Shown here in pieces: positions 1-10,276 of a stretch of 64,000 bases of DNA (the first letter of the stretch is position 1; each line of letters starts with the position of its first letter). A program made the translations under genes and the position numbers. The notes under the pieces are model-generated. The model was not told the origin of the DNA. It worked only from the letters and a program-made list of their open reading frames with translations, and made no database searches. This stretch comes from an uncultured delta proteobacterium (GTDB taxonomy: Bacteria; Desulfobacterota; Binatia; HRBIN30; BPIQ01): the NCBI GenBank assembly GCA_963761335.1, contig CAVXGR010000006.1, positions 9,465-73,464 of the forward strand, in the 5' to 3' direction.

Positions 1-1269
1 CAGATCGATACCGGGCTCGGCAAGAGCGTCTCGCTCGGCACGGTCACGCTGATTGCGCCCACCAACCTGATCGAAAAGCCGATCGAGGTGCACCGGATCG
101 ACGGCGTCGAGATCATCTTCGAGCTGACCCCAGATGCCGAGGCGCCAGCCGAGCTGATCATGTACTACCCGCAGCTCCGTGTTCTCAACATGACCGAAAT
201 TACCACGCAGAATTTCCACAACCTGTTGCCGATGCGCGGCGCGCTGGTGCGCGACTCGCTCGCATGGTCGAAGTACATCGGCGGTGCGCTGCACCGTTAC
301 GGCGCGTCAAGCGATATCCTGATCGCGCAACACAACTGGCCGGTATGGAGCGGCGATCGCGTGCGCGCCTTCTTGCGCAAGCAGCGCGACGCCTACAAGT
401 TCGTGCACGATCAGACGGTGCGCTTGATGAACCGCGGTTACGTTGGCGCCGAGATCGCCGAGCTGGTCAAGCTGCCGGCAAGCCTCAACCAGGAATGGTC
501 GACGCATTCGTTCTATGGCAGCCTCAAGCACAACGTCAAGGCGATCTACCAGCGCTACCTGGGCTACTATGACGGGAATCCCGCGAACCTCGATGCGCTG
601 CCGCCGGTGGAGGCGGCCAAGAAGAGCGTCGAGTACATGGGCGGCGCCGAAGCGGTGCTCGCCAAGGCACGCCGGGACTACGGGCGCGCCGAGTACCGCT
701 GGGTTGCTCAAGTGGCCTCGCAGCTCGTGTTCGCCGATCCGGCCAATCGCGAGGCGCGCGAGCTTGCTGCCGATGCGCTCGAGCAGCTGGGCTACCAGGC
801 CGAATCGGCGACGGCGCGAAACGCCTACCTGCAGGGCGCCTTCGAGCTGCGCAACGGCGTGCCCACCCTTCCCGGCGGCACCGGCGCGGCGCCGGACATC
901 ATCCGCTCGCTTCCGCTCGACCTCTACTTCGACTTCATGGCCGTGCGGCTCGACGGCGACAAGGCCGCCGGCAAGAGCATTGTGCTCAACTGGCGGTTCA
1001 CCGACACCAGGCAGGACTATGTGCTCAACCTGGAGAACAGCGCCCTCACTTGCGTGCCCGACTCGCAGGCCGATGGTGCCGACGCGACACTGACGTTGAC
1101 CCGCGCGACGCTGGACGAGATCTCGCTGGGGCGGACCACCTTCCCTGCCGCCTTGCAGTCCGGGCAGATCGCCGTCGTAGGGAGGGGCGAAAAACTCATC
1201 GAGCTGCTGGAAATGCTGGATACGTTCCCGCTGCGCTTCCCGGTTGTCGAGCCGCGCCCGACGCCGTGA
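1..1269 (+). CDS. Alkyl sulfatase (SdsA1/BDS1-like metallo-beta-lactamase fold with C-terminal SCP2-like domain), 5' end outside the window
   Basis: Motifs HNWPVW, YKFVHDQT, FYGSLKHNVKAIYQRYLGYYDGNPANL and RNAYLQGAFELRNG. The frame is open to the window edge. Confidence 0.9.
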   Translation, partial: QIDTGLGKSVSLGTVTLIAPTNLIEKPIEVHRIDGVEIIFELTPDAEAPAELIMYYPQLRVLNMTEITTQNFHNLLPMRGALVRDSLAWSKYIGGALHRYGASSDILIAQHNWPVWSGDRVRAFLRKQRDAYKFVHDQTVRLMNRGYVGAEIAELVKLPASLNQEWSTHSFYGSLKHNVKAIYQRYLGYYDGNPANLDALPPVEAAKKSVEYMGGAEAVLAKARRDYGRAEYRWVAQVASQLVFADPANREARELAADALEQLGYQAESATARNAYLQGAFELRNGVPTLPGGTGAAPDIIRSLPLDLYFDFMAVRLDGDKAAGKSIVLNWRFTDTRQDYVLNLENSALTCVPDSQADGADATLTLTRATLDEISLGRTTFPAALQSGQIAVVGRGEKLIELLEMLDTFPLRFPVVEPRPTP

Positions 1270-1323
1270 GGCGGGCGTGCCTGCACCCCGGAATGGCAGC
1301 AGCCGCGACCTGCCGCGCCGGGC

Positions 1324-2404
1324 TCAGGGCTTTTCGCCGGTGCTGGTCGGGTATTTCTTCGCTTGCCAGGCCCCAAAGCCCTCCTCGAGCACGGTGACGT
1401 CCTTGAATCCCTTTTCCATCAGCAGGCGCGCCAGTGTGCCCGACTCGGCGCGCGGGCATGAGCAGTAGGCGACCAGCCAGGCGTCCTTGGGCAGCTGGTC
1501 GTAGTACGGGCTCGGATCGTAAAAGGGCACACTGACGGCGCCGGCGATGTGCTCGCGGATGTAGTCGGAGGGAGCGCGGGCGTCCAGGAGCGCCAGGCGC
1601 GCGCCGCGGTCGAGCTCCCTTCTTGATCACTTCGAGCGGCGTACCGGACGGGTAGGTCTTGAAGCCGTTGGCTGGAGGGCCGCCGGGGTTGAGCGGCACC
1701 GGCCCCAGGGGGATCGGCGGCGGGTGCACCACGTCGCGGCCCGCCGCAGCCGCTGGCGCCTTCCAGCTCGCCAGCAGCGCCAGGAGATCTTCGATGCTGG
1801 CGTCGCCGAGCTTGCTTGCGAATCCGGGCATGAGGGTGCCGGGGCGGCCGACGCGTATCGCGTAGCGGAGAAATCCGACGCTGGCGCTCGAGAGCAGCTC
1901 GCGCCCACCGATCTGGATGTACGGCCCACCCGTTCCCTTGGCACCGTGACAGCGCGCGCACTCTTTGGCGAACACGGCCTCGCCGCGGCGGGCCTCGCCG
2001 GCGGCGGGGTGTCCGTCGAGCGATACGCGCGGGCGGGTATCCCAGCTCCTCAGGAAGGCGACCAGCGCATTCACGTCGCCTGCGTCGAGAGGGCCTCCGC
2101 GCAGCTTCGACCAAGCCGACATCGTCGACCCGGGTCGACCGTCGCTGATCGCGTAGCGCAGATACGCGTCGCTCACGGAAGCCAGAAAATCGGGTTGCGC
2201 CAGCCGCGGCGCACGGTCGGCCCGATAGCCTTCGCCGGACTCACCGTGGCACACGGCGCACATCTGAAGATAGAGATCGTGCCCGCGTTGGGCCTCGGCG
2301 TTGAGCTTGGTCTCGTGGCGCTTGCACGCCGGCAGAGCGAACGCGAAAGAGCTCAGAAGAATGGCCAGCGGGACGAATCGACGCATCGACAACATTCGCT
2401 TCAC
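1324..2404 (-). pseudogene. Diheme c-type cytochrome fused to a rhodanese domain (lipoprotein), interrupted by one extra base near 1618
   Basis: Lipobox-like LPAC, heme motifs CAVCH and CARCH. After AAG AAG G the other frame reads ELDRGARLALLDARAPSDYIREHIAGA...YCSCP...LEEGFGAW, a rhodanese pattern. Confidence 0.75.
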
Positions 2405-2413
2405 GGGGATGGC

Positions 2414-4420
2414 CTATGGCGATGGCGTCCGACTCGGCGCCGGGCTCGGCGAGCCGCCGCGATGGGGCCAGCGGAAGGCGTTGTTGCTGCGGTCCTTGTC
2501 GGGGAGCACCTTGTCGGGGTCGACGGTTGCGGAGACGATTGGCCGATCGCTGTCCAGATACAGCGTGCTGAGCCGCTTCTGAATCCACGTCTCGGCGGGG
2601 AGGCGCACCCGCGTGTGGGTGCCGTCGTTGAAATCCACCTCGACCGTCGCCGGCAGGACCACGGGATCCAGGTTCTCGATGGTCACCTCGGCTCCCTTGG
2701 CGGGATCGCCGTCCACGTAGGCGACGCCCTTGACCGCGAGATCCAGCGTCCAGTTGTTCATGAACCAGCCGCGCCAGAACCAGGAGAGATCCTCACCGCC
2801 CTCGCTCTCCATGGCGCGAAAGAAGTCCGACGGCGTGGGATGGCGGAAGGCCCATTTGCGGATGAACCGGCGAAAGGCGGGGTCGAAGCGCTCCGGCCCC
2901 AGGATCTGCTCGCGCAGCAGCACGAGTCCCAGAGCGGCTTTGAAGTAGGTGACCGGGTGCCGGTACTTCTCCGGAATGGTATCGGGCCGCGACATGATGA
3001 CGGGCGCATCGCTGTCGGCCAGCAGCGGCAGAATCTCCTCGACCGGATTGCCGCCGCCGGGAGCGTACTCGGAATCCCGCTTGGGGCCGTACACGCCGTT
3101 CTCGAATGCCTCGGATTCGTAAGTGTCGATGAAGGTGTTGAAGCCTTCGTCCATCCACGCGTCGCGGCGCTCGTCGAAGCCGACCACCATGGGGAACCAG
3201 GTGTGCCCGATCTCGTGCGCGGTGATCCAGAAGAGATCCTTCCCCTTGTCCTTGATGCCGTTGAAGACCAGACCCGGATACTCCATGCCGGCGGTGCCGC
3301 CGGCCACGTTGATCGCCGTGGGGTACGGATAGGGAAACCACTGGCGAGAGAACTCCTCGGTGGCGTGCTTGAGGTATTCGGTCGAGCGTCCCCAGGCCGT
3401 CTCTCCGGCGCTCTCCGCCGGATAGAACGACATCGCCAGCGCCCGCCCGCCGCCGGGAAGCTGGATGCGGGCGGCGTCCCACGCAAATGCCGCAGAGGCG
3501 CTGAAGGCGACGTCGCGTGTCTGCTCCATTTGAAAATGCCAGGTCAGTGTCCCCTGCCGGGTCGGCCGGGTGGCGGGATCGCCGATTTCCGCGGGGGTTC
3601 GAATCATCACGGCGCGATCGCTGGCGCGCGCCTGCTCCAGCCGCTGGCGCTGCGCCGCGGTCAGCACCTCCTGCGGGTTCTGCAGCTCGCCCGAGCCGGC
3701 GACGAGCATGTCCCAGGGAACGGTGACGTAGTAGTCGAACTTGCCGTACTCGAGGTAGAACTCCTGCGCCAGGTAGGGGAGGGTGTCCCAGCCGCGCAGG
3801 TCGTCGTAGACCGCCATCCGCGGGTACCATTGCGCGATGTCGTAGACGTCGCCCTTCTCCGTGTGCACCCAGGAGGTGCGGCCGCCGAACAGACCGGGGA
3901 CCGTGTAGTGATAGCGGATGTGCACGCGGATATGCCCGCCGCCGGCGCGGAGCGGCTCGGGGAGGTGGATCTGCACGCGCGTGTCGGAGACCAGGTAGTC
4001 GGCCGGCGTCTCTGTCTTCCCGGTCTCGAGCTTCACGTCGTCGAGGGCGAAGCCCTCGGTGAACTCGACGCGTCGCTCGCTCTGCGCGGCGACGGAGCGC
4101 GCATCCCTGCGGTAGGCGTTCTGATCGAGCTGGATCCACAGGCTGTCCAGATCGCCCGGACTGTTGTTGGTGTAGGTGATGATCTCGCTGGCGCTCAGCT
4201 GTCGGGTCGCCGGGTCGAGCGAGGCGCGAATCTCGTAGTCGGCGCGGTTCTGCCAGTAATCCGGTCCGGGCGTGCCGTCGGCGGAGCGATATCGGTTGAC
4301 CGGCTGGGGGAAGGTCAGCGGCGCGAAGGCCGTCTGCGGGTCATAGGCGGCGCCGGCCGCGGCGGTGGCGAGCAATGCAGCGCTCGCCAGCAGCAGAGCG
4401 GGATTCGGTCTGTGGGACAT
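2414..4420 (-). CDS. M1 family zinc aminopeptidase, secreted
   Basis: Signal peptide, AGMEYP, HEIGH...DEG zinc motif, YFK catalytic Tyr region. Confidence 0.9.
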   Translation of the reverse strand: MSHRPNPALLLASAALLATAAAGAAYDPQTAFAPLTFPQPVNRYRSADGTPGPDYWQNRADYEIRASLDPATRQLSASEIITYTNNSPGDLDSLWIQLDQNAYRRDARSVAAQSERRVEFTEGFALDDVKLETGKTETPADYLVSDTRVQIHLPEPLRAGGGHIRVHIRYHYTVPGLFGGRTSWVHTEKGDVYDIAQWYPRMAVYDDLRGWDTLPYLAQEFYLEYGKFDYYVTVPWDMLVAGSGELQNPQEVLTAAQRQRLEQARASDRAVMIRTPAEIGDPATRPTRQGTLTWHFQMEQTRDVAFSASAAFAWDAARIQLPGGGRALAMSFYPAESAGETAWGRSTEYLKHATEEFSRQWFPYPYPTAINVAGGTAGMEYPGLVFNGIKDKGKDLFWITAHEIGHTWFPMVVGFDERRDAWMDEGFNTFIDTYESEAFENGVYGPKRDSEYAPGGGNPVEEILPLLADSDAPVIMSRPDTIPEKYRHPVTYFKAALGLVLLREQILGPERFDPAFRRFIRKWAFRHPTPSDFFRAMESEGGEDLSWFWRGWFMNNWTLDLAVKGVAYVDGDPAKGAEVTIENLDPVVLPATVEVDFNDGTHTRVRLPAETWIQKRLSTLYLDSDRPIVSATVDPDKVLPDKDRSNNAFRWPHRGGSPSPAPSRTPSP

Positions 4421-4556
4421 GGAGGTGCATCACATCACAGTTGCCGGGGATCGCTGCAAGAGGAACGGCCCGAGTCTCCCCGGGGAGCGGCCGGGCCGGC
4501 CGCGGTCCAGGGGGCGTCGACAAGGCGATGCGGGGGTGCAGAATGGGAGACGGGAG

Positions 4557-4952
4557 ATGGCGCTGAAAACGAAATCGGTGTGGTCGGCGATCGAGAGCGG
4601 CGACGGCCTGCGACTCCTGGTCAGCCGGTTTCGCGGACGCGGTATGCCGACGACGCGCTACGACGTGTGGATGGCCAGCCTCGGGCCGAGCGAGCGGCTC
4701 CTGCGCGATTTCCAGGGGGGACGGGTGTCTTGGGCGCAATTCAAGCGCAGGTATACCGAGGATCTCTTTGCCGGCGGCGGAGTCGACGACGACAACCGGA
4801 CGATCAAGAATCACGGGCAGAAGTTCACGCTGCGGCTCATCAAGGAGCTGGCGCGGGGCCGGGACGTGACTCTGCTCTGCCAGTGCGCCGAGGAGCAGGA
4901 GCACTGCCACCGGCACGTGCTGCAGAAGATCATTTCGAGCGGGCGGGTCTGA
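4557..4952 (+). CDS. DUF488/YeaO-like protein
   Basis: DGLRLLVSR...RG, W...LGPSERLL, VTLLC, HCHRHVL. GGGAG upstream of the ATG. Confidence 0.8.
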   Translation: MALKTKSVWSAIESGDGLRLLVSRFRGRGMPTTRYDVWMASLGPSERLLRDFQGGRVSWAQFKRRYTEDLFAGGGVDDDNRTIKNHGQKFTLRLIKELARGRDVTLLCQCAEEQEHCHRHVLQKIISSGRV

Positions 4953-5055
4953 GGGGACCCGGCGGGACCGACCGCCGATGGCCGCAGCTCCGTGGAGAAG
5001 AGCGAACCGCCGGACTACCGCTCATCCCCTCTCCCCTTCTCGCCGCCCCGACCGG

Positions 5056-5742
5056 CTACCAGAGGCCGCGCATGAGGCGCCAGGGGGTCTGCTGCATGTA
5101 GCTCGGATAGGCGGCGCCGCGCGCCGCGATGAGCTGGCCCTCTTCGACCGGGATGAAGGCGACGAAGGTGCTGCCGATCAAGGCGCACCACAGGGCCTGC
5201 GCGAGGTTGGTGTGAATCAGGATCGAGCAGAGCCCCGCCGCGAGCACGGCGCGGTACATCGGATGTCTCACCTGGGCGTACTGCCCCTCCGTCATCAGCG
5301 GCGTCTCGGAGCCGTGGGAGAACGACATCGGCGATCCGGGAACGGCCAGCATTCCATCCAGCATGCCGAAGCTCATCCCCTCGAAAAAGGCGACGACGCA
5401 GAAGACGAAGCCCACCGTTGCCGCGAATTGCACCGGCGAGGCGAGCGCCACCCCCGGTCCGGGCAGGGGGCGGTGCAACCACAGCAACGCCAGCCAGGTG
5501 GTGACCGCGATCGATATATAGATTCGCCGCTCGGTCGGTGAGCCCGCCGGCGAGCCGTACACCGCCCGCTTGAACCAGCCGCGGGTCATGATCAGATGCG
5601 GTGTGACCCAGGCGGCGTAGAGAACGATGTCGGACAGATAGTTTCCCCACGATGCCGCCGGATCATAGCGAAAACCGTAAAGCACCGCGCCAAAGATGGA
5701 GAACACCCCGAAGTAGCCGAAGACGCGATATGCAGTGGCCAT
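5056..5742 (-). CDS. Membrane methyltransferase, ICMT/nurim/MddA-like
   Basis: Hydrophobic protein with HLIMTRGWFKR, ERRIY, YAQVRHPMY and EE..L...G..Y..Y. GGAGAG upstream of the ATG. Confidence 0.7.
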   Translation of the reverse strand: MATAYRVFGYFGVFSIFGAVLYGFRYDPAASWGNYLSDIVLYAAWVTPHLIMTRGWFKRAVYGSPAGSPTERRIYISIAVTTWLALLWLHRPLPGPGVALASPVQFAATVGFVFCVVAFFEGMSFGMLDGMLAVPGSPMSFSHGSETPLMTEGQYAQVRHPMYRAVLAAGLCSILIHTNLAQALWCALIGSTFVAFIPVEEGQLIAARGAAYPSYMQQTPWRLMRGLW

Positions 5743-5905
5743 GATGCTCTCCATCGCCGATTTGGGTTGTCGATTGCGGTCATCGTATGGCACCTCAGAA
5801 GAGGGTGTCAACGCCGATTTCGCTGCAAGAGGGGCGGCTGGTGCCCGGATGGGTTTGGAGAGCGGCGGCGCGACTGCTAGAGCACGGCGCGGCGCAGGTG
5901 CTTTG

Positions 5906-6127
5906 ATGGACAGCAGCTCCTGGTTGATCTGGTCATCGTTCATATCGCTGCTCGGCATGGCGGTGTTCGTCTTCGGCCGCAAGCGACGGCTGGTGGTGCC
6001 GACGCTGGTCGGCGTGACACTCATGATCTACCCGTACTTCGTCTCCAACCTCATGGCGCTGCTCGGCATCGCCGTTCTGCTCATTGCCGCGCTGGTGATG
6101 GGGAGCCGCTACGAGGGCAGTCTGTGA
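5906..6127 (+). CDS. Small membrane protein (73 aa)
   Basis: Hydrophobic segments with GRK and LMIYPYFV; coding-like codon usage. Confidence 0.7.
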   Translation: MDSSSWLIWSSFISLLGMAVFVFGRKRRLVVPTLVGVTLMIYPYFVSNLMALLGIAVLLIAALVMGSRYEGSL

Positions 6128-6149
6128 AAGGGCATTCGGAGGGCGACAT

Positions 6150-7346
6150 ATGACGATCGACAGGTTCTGCGGGCACTCGGCCGGTGCGGCTCCCGGTCTC
6201 ATCCGCATCCTGGCGCTGGCGCTCCTCGGCTCCGTGATCGGCTGCGGCGGCGGCAACACCGGTTCCGCCGGCGCCTTCGCGGTGGGCACGAGCACTCCCT
6301 CGTTGGCGCCGACGCCCACGGCGACGCCAGCGGCCGTTCTCTTCGTCAGCACCGCCGGAAACGACGCCAACCCCGGGGACCGCTCGCACCCGCTGCGCAC
6401 TATCGGCGGCGCCGCCGCGACGGCCCCCGACTCGGGCACCATCGTGGTGGCGCCCGGTACCTATGCGGAAGCGGTGACCACCTCGCGGCCGCAGGGCGCG
6501 GCACAGGGCCTGACTTTCATCGCCGATTCGACCGGTGAGCTGTCCGGCGTGCTGCCGGGCAACGTGACTATCCAGGCGCCGGGGGGCGGCGGCGTCCCGG
6601 CGTTCGAGATCGCCGGTTCCGCTGGAACGATCGTCGAGGGCTTCTTGGTCACCGGCGCGGAGGCTGACGGTATCGCCGTGGTCGACAGTGATGGGGTTCG
6701 GGTGCAGAGCTGCGTTGCCGCCGCCAATTCGGGAGCCGACGCCGCCGGCATTCGCCTTGCGGGATCCGCCAACGTGCTGCTGTTCAACAACCTGATCTTC
6801 CGCAATGGTGGCCCCGGCATCGCCATCGGCGGCGTGCCCGGTTCGGCGGGAGCCCGGCTGATCAACAATACCATCTACGCCAACCAGGAGGGTGGCGTGA
6901 TCGTCGGCGCCGCCAACGCCGCCTCGCCGGGCGCGAGCCTGCGCAACAACATTCTGGTGAACAACGGCAACTTTGCCGACGCCCCATACAACATCGCCGT
7001 AACCGGGGATCCGGGCAGCGCCGACGGCTTCACCGCCGACTTCGACGCCGTCTTTCCGCCGACCTATCTGCCCACCAGCGCTCGCGGCCACAACGACGTC
7101 GACGCGGATCCGCTCCTGGCCGATCCCGACAATGCAGTGATGCCGGATTTCCGGGTCGTCGACGGCAGCCCGGCGGTCGATGCGGGCACGCGCTCGCTGA
7201 ACGATTCGAGCCTTGGCGATTGTCTTCGCGACTGGCCGGCCGTGCTCGGGGCGCGCTCCGATCCGGCCCAGCTCGATCTCGGCTTCCACTACCCCGACGG
7301 CACCCTTGCAGAAGTCCACTGCGGCATTGCCTTGCCGGCCTTCTGA
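6150..7346 (+). CDS. Right-handed parallel beta-helix (pectin lyase-like) lipoprotein
   Basis: Lipobox VIGC, FVSTAGNDANPG..HPLRTI, VAPGTYAE, NNLI/NNTI/NNIL repeats. Confidence 0.8.
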   Translation: MTIDRFCGHSAGAAPGLIRILALALLGSVIGCGGGNTGSAGAFAVGTSTPSLAPTPTATPAAVLFVSTAGNDANPGDRSHPLRTIGGAAATAPDSGTIVVAPGTYAEAVTTSRPQGAAQGLTFIADSTGELSGVLPGNVTIQAPGGGGVPAFEIAGSAGTIVEGFLVTGAEADGIAVVDSDGVRVQSCVAAANSGADAAGIRLAGSANVLLFNNLIFRNGGPGIAIGGVPGSAGARLINNTIYANQEGGVIVGAANAASPGASLRNNILVNNGNFADAPYNIAVTGDPGSADGFTADFDAVFPPTYLPTSARGHNDVDADPLLADPDNAVMPDFRVVDGSPAVDAGTRSLNDSSLGDCLRDWPAVLGARSDPAQLDLGFHYPDGTLAEVHCGIALPAF

Positions 7347-8484
7347 CGTCCGCGGCCGGTGCGACGCCCGCTTTGCGGCGGTGCGTGAGGCGCTGGCGGC
7401 CAACTTCCGCGAGCGCGGCGAGCTGGGAGCGGCGGTCGCCATCGCCTGCGAGGGCCGCACCGTCGTCGATCTCTGGGGCGGCTGGATGGACGAGGGGCGC
7501 ACGCGGCCCTGGAGACGCGACACGCTCGTCGACGTCTTCTCGGTGGGCAAGCCGATGGCGGCGCTCTGCATTCTCATGCTCGTCGAACGCGGGCGCATCG
7601 ATCTCGAGGCGCCGGTGGCGCGCTACTGGCCCGAGTTCGCAGCGCGCGGAAAGGGCGCGGTGAGCGTGCGCATGTTGCTCAGCCATCGCGCCGGCGTGCC
7701 GGCGATTCGCCAGGCGCTCGCCGACGGCGCCATGTACGACTGGAATCTCATGACGGCGGCACTCGCCGATGAGGAGCCGTGGTGGCCGCTCGGAACCCGG
7801 CACGGCTATCACGTGAACACCTTCGGCTTCCTCGCCGGCGAGCTGGTGCGCCGCGCCAGCGGCGAGAGCATCGAGACCTTCTTCCGGCGCGAGATCGCTG
7901 CCCCGCGCGCCGCGGATTTCCACTTCGGCATCGGCCCGGAGCAGGATAGGCGGGTTGCCGATTACTGCTTTGCCGCCGAGACCTTCGCCGGCGAATCACC
8001 GCCGGGTGGGATCGACGACGAGGAGCGCCGCAGCCTGATGCGTTGGGTGTATTTCAACCCGACCGGCATCTCGGGCATCGGCACGGTCAACTCGCGCGCC
8101 TGGCGCGCCGCGGTGATGCCGTCGACCAACGGGCACGCCAACGCGCGCGCCGTGGTGCGCATCTACAACGCGCTTCTGCCGGGAGCCCGCGGTCGACTCC
8201 TGGAGGCGGCGACCGTCGACGAAATCACCGCCGAGGCGGCCGCCGGCACCGACTTCGTCCTGCATCGTCCCTCGCGGTTCGGACTCGGCGTGCAGCTGAC
8301 GCAGCCGGAGAGCCCGCTCGGGCCGAACCCGCGCACCTTCGGCCACTTCGGCGCCGGCGGCTCGCTCGGCTTCGCCGACCCGGATGCGCAGATCGCCTTC
8401 GCCTACACCATGAACCGCTCCGGGCCGCGCTTCCGCAACCCGCGCGTGCGTTCCCTGATCGACGCCGTCTATGCCTCGCTGTGA
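7327..8484 (+). CDS. Serine hydrolase, beta-lactamase class C/EstA family (start uncertain)
   Basis: FSVGK (SxxK), LLSHRAG, GYH, FGHFGAGGS. Confidence 0.9.
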   Translation: MPCRPSDVRGRCDARFAAVREALAANFRERGELGAAVAIACEGRTVVDLWGGWMDEGRTRPWRRDTLVDVFSVGKPMAALCILMLVERGRIDLEAPVARYWPEFAARGKGAVSVRMLLSHRAGVPAIRQALADGAMYDWNLMTAALADEEPWWPLGTRHGYHVNTFGFLAGELVRRASGESIETFFRREIAAPRAADFHFGIGPEQDRRVADYCFAAETFAGESPPGGIDDEERRSLMRWVYFNPTGISGIGTVNSRAWRAAVMPSTNGHANARAVVRIYNALLPGARGRLLEAATVDEITAEAAAGTDFVLHRPSRFGLGVQLTQPESPLGPNPRTFGHFGAGGSLGFADPDAQIAFAYTMNRSGPRFRNPRVRSLIDAVYASL

Positions 8485-8567
8485 GGTACGCGCCAATTCG
8501 AGCTGCGCCGCGGCGACGCCGCCGTTGTTTTGGCCGGCGGTTCTGGTTTAATCGCCTGGTCGCGGCC

Positions 8568-9425
8568 ATGACCTTCGAGAAGATCGAAATCCATCCCCTG
8601 TCGGGTGCGCTCGGCGCCGAGATCCGCGGCGTCGATCTGGCGACGCCCCTCGACGATACGACCTTCGCCGAGATCCGTCGCGCTCTGGTCGACTGCGGCA
8701 TCATCTGCTTCCGCGACCAGCGGCTGGCGCCGGCGCAGCAGGTCGCCTTCGCGCGGCGCTTCGGTCCGCTGGATGTCCATCCGATCGTCGAAGGCACCGA
8801 GGAGATCCCGGAGCTGGTGCGGGTTCTCAAGCCGGCCGGACAGTCCGCCAGCTTCGGCGTCGGCTGGCACTCCGACAACTCCTTCTTCGAGACCCCGAGC
8901 CTGGGCTCGGTGCTCTACGGTGTCACCATTCCACCATACGGCGGCGACACGCTCTACGCCTCGATGGAGAGAGCCTATACGGCGCTCTCCGAGCCGATGA
9001 AGCAGTTCCTCGGCGGGCTGACCGCGGTGCACAGCGCCTCGCGGGCCTACGATCCGAAGGTCACGGGTGAGGCCAAGTACCGCGGGGAGGCGCCGATCAG
9101 CTACCGTTTCGATCAGCAGGCGATCTACTCCGAGGTGGAGCACCCGGTGATCCGCACTCATCCGGAGAGCGGACGCAAGAGCATCTACGTCAATCAGATG
9201 TTCACCCAGAGAATCGTCGGCCTCGCGGACGGCGAGAGCCGTGCGGTGCTCGCCTTTCTCTACGAGCACGGCGCGCGGCCGGAGTTCACCTGCCGGCTGC
9301 GCTGGCAGCCGGGGACGGTGGCGATGTGGGACAACCGCTCCGTGCAGCATTACGCCGTCGACGACTACCAGGAGTACGAGCGGCTGATGTTTCGGGTGAC
9401 GATCCGCGGAGACCGTCCGGCTTGA
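8568..9425 (+). CDS. TauD/TfdA family 2-oxoglutarate/Fe(II) dioxygenase
   Basis: GAEIRGVDL, WHSD, GGDT, HPVIRTHPESGR, WDNRSVQH. Confidence 0.92.
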   Translation: MTFEKIEIHPLSGALGAEIRGVDLATPLDDTTFAEIRRALVDCGIICFRDQRLAPAQQVAFARRFGPLDVHPIVEGTEEIPELVRVLKPAGQSASFGVGWHSDNSFFETPSLGSVLYGVTIPPYGGDTLYASMERAYTALSEPMKQFLGGLTAVHSASRAYDPKVTGEAKYRGEAPISYRFDQQAIYSEVEHPVIRTHPESGRKSIYVNQMFTQRIVGLADGESRAVLAFLYEHGARPEFTCRLRWQPGTVAMWDNRSVQHYAVDDYQEYERLMFRVTIRGDRPA

Positions 9426-10276
9426 ACCGACCTCTCCGTTTTCTCGTCTGCGACGCCTACCCGCGCGCGGGACGCGAGGGACTGAGGCGGGCGGGAGCCA
9501 CCCTCGCCGGTGTCCTCTACGAGCGTATGCTGCGCCGGTTGGAGCCCGGGGCGCAGGTCGACGTCATCTGTCCCGCCGATGCCGAGGTGGCGCTGCCGGC
9601 GGGCGCGGCCCTTGCCGATTACGACGGCGTCACCTGGACGGGCTCGAGTCTGACCATCTACGACGAGGGCGATGCGCGCGTGCGGCGCCAAGTGGATCTC
9701 GCTCGCGCCGCGTATCGCCAAGGCGTCCCCAGCTTCGGCAGCTGCTGGGCGGCGCAGCTTTCCGTGGTCGCGGCCGGCGGTCGCTGCGCCGCCAATCCCC
9801 GCGGGCGCGAGTTCGGCATCTCGCGGCGCATCGCCCTCACGCCGGAAGGGCGCGCCCATCCGCTGTATCGCGGCAAGCCCGCCGTCTTCGACGGCTTCAC
9901 CAGCCACGCCGACGAGGTCACGGCGCTGCCCGCCGAGGGGCAGCTGCTTGCGTCCAACGATTTCTCGCGGGTGCAGGCGGTTGCCATCGAGTCGCGCGGC
10001 TCGTTCTGGGCGGTGCAGTATCATCCGGAGTACGATCTGCACGAGGTGGCGCGGCTCTGCGTCTACCGCGCCGACGAGCTGGTGCGCCAGGGGACCTTCG
10101 GCGACCGCGCCGCAGCCGACCTGTTCGTGCAAGAGCTGGAAACCCTGCACATCGATCCGGCGCGCCACGACATTCGGAGTTCTCTGGGCATCGACGCGGC
10201 ACTGCTGGAGGAATCGCAGCGCCTGCTCGAGCCGCGCAACTGGATCGAGTCGTCGGTCAAGCCGCAGGCTCGCTGA
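9422..10276 (+). CDS. Type 1 glutamine amidotransferase-like protein
   Basis: GSCWAAQ nucleophile Cys, SHADEV, QYHPE. The TTG start overlaps the upstream stop. Confidence 0.85.
   Translation: MNRPLRFLVCDAYPRAGREGLRRAGATLAGVLYERMLRRLEPGAQVDVICPADAEVALPAGAALADYDGVTWTGSSLTIYDEGDARVRRQVDLARAAYRQGVPSFGSCWAAQLSVVAAGGRCAANPRGREFGISRRIALTPEGRAHPLYRGKPAVFDGFTSHADEVTALPAEGQLLASNDFSRVQAVAIESRGSFWAVQYHPEYDLHEVARLCVYRADELVRQGTFGDRAAADLFVQELETLHIDPARHDIRSSLGIDAALLEESQRLLEPRNWIESSVKPQAR

Noticed and set aside
1724..5101. 1125-aa + strand ORF, and similar long ORFs at 48847-51705, 44072-46783, 36329-38401 and 20419-22443
   Set aside because: These are antisense shadows of well-supported genes, common in high-GC DNA, and carry no motifs.
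7327..8484. Antibiotic-resistance beta-lactamase
   Set aside because: The motifs fit the broad esterase branch; nothing specific supports beta-lactamase activity.
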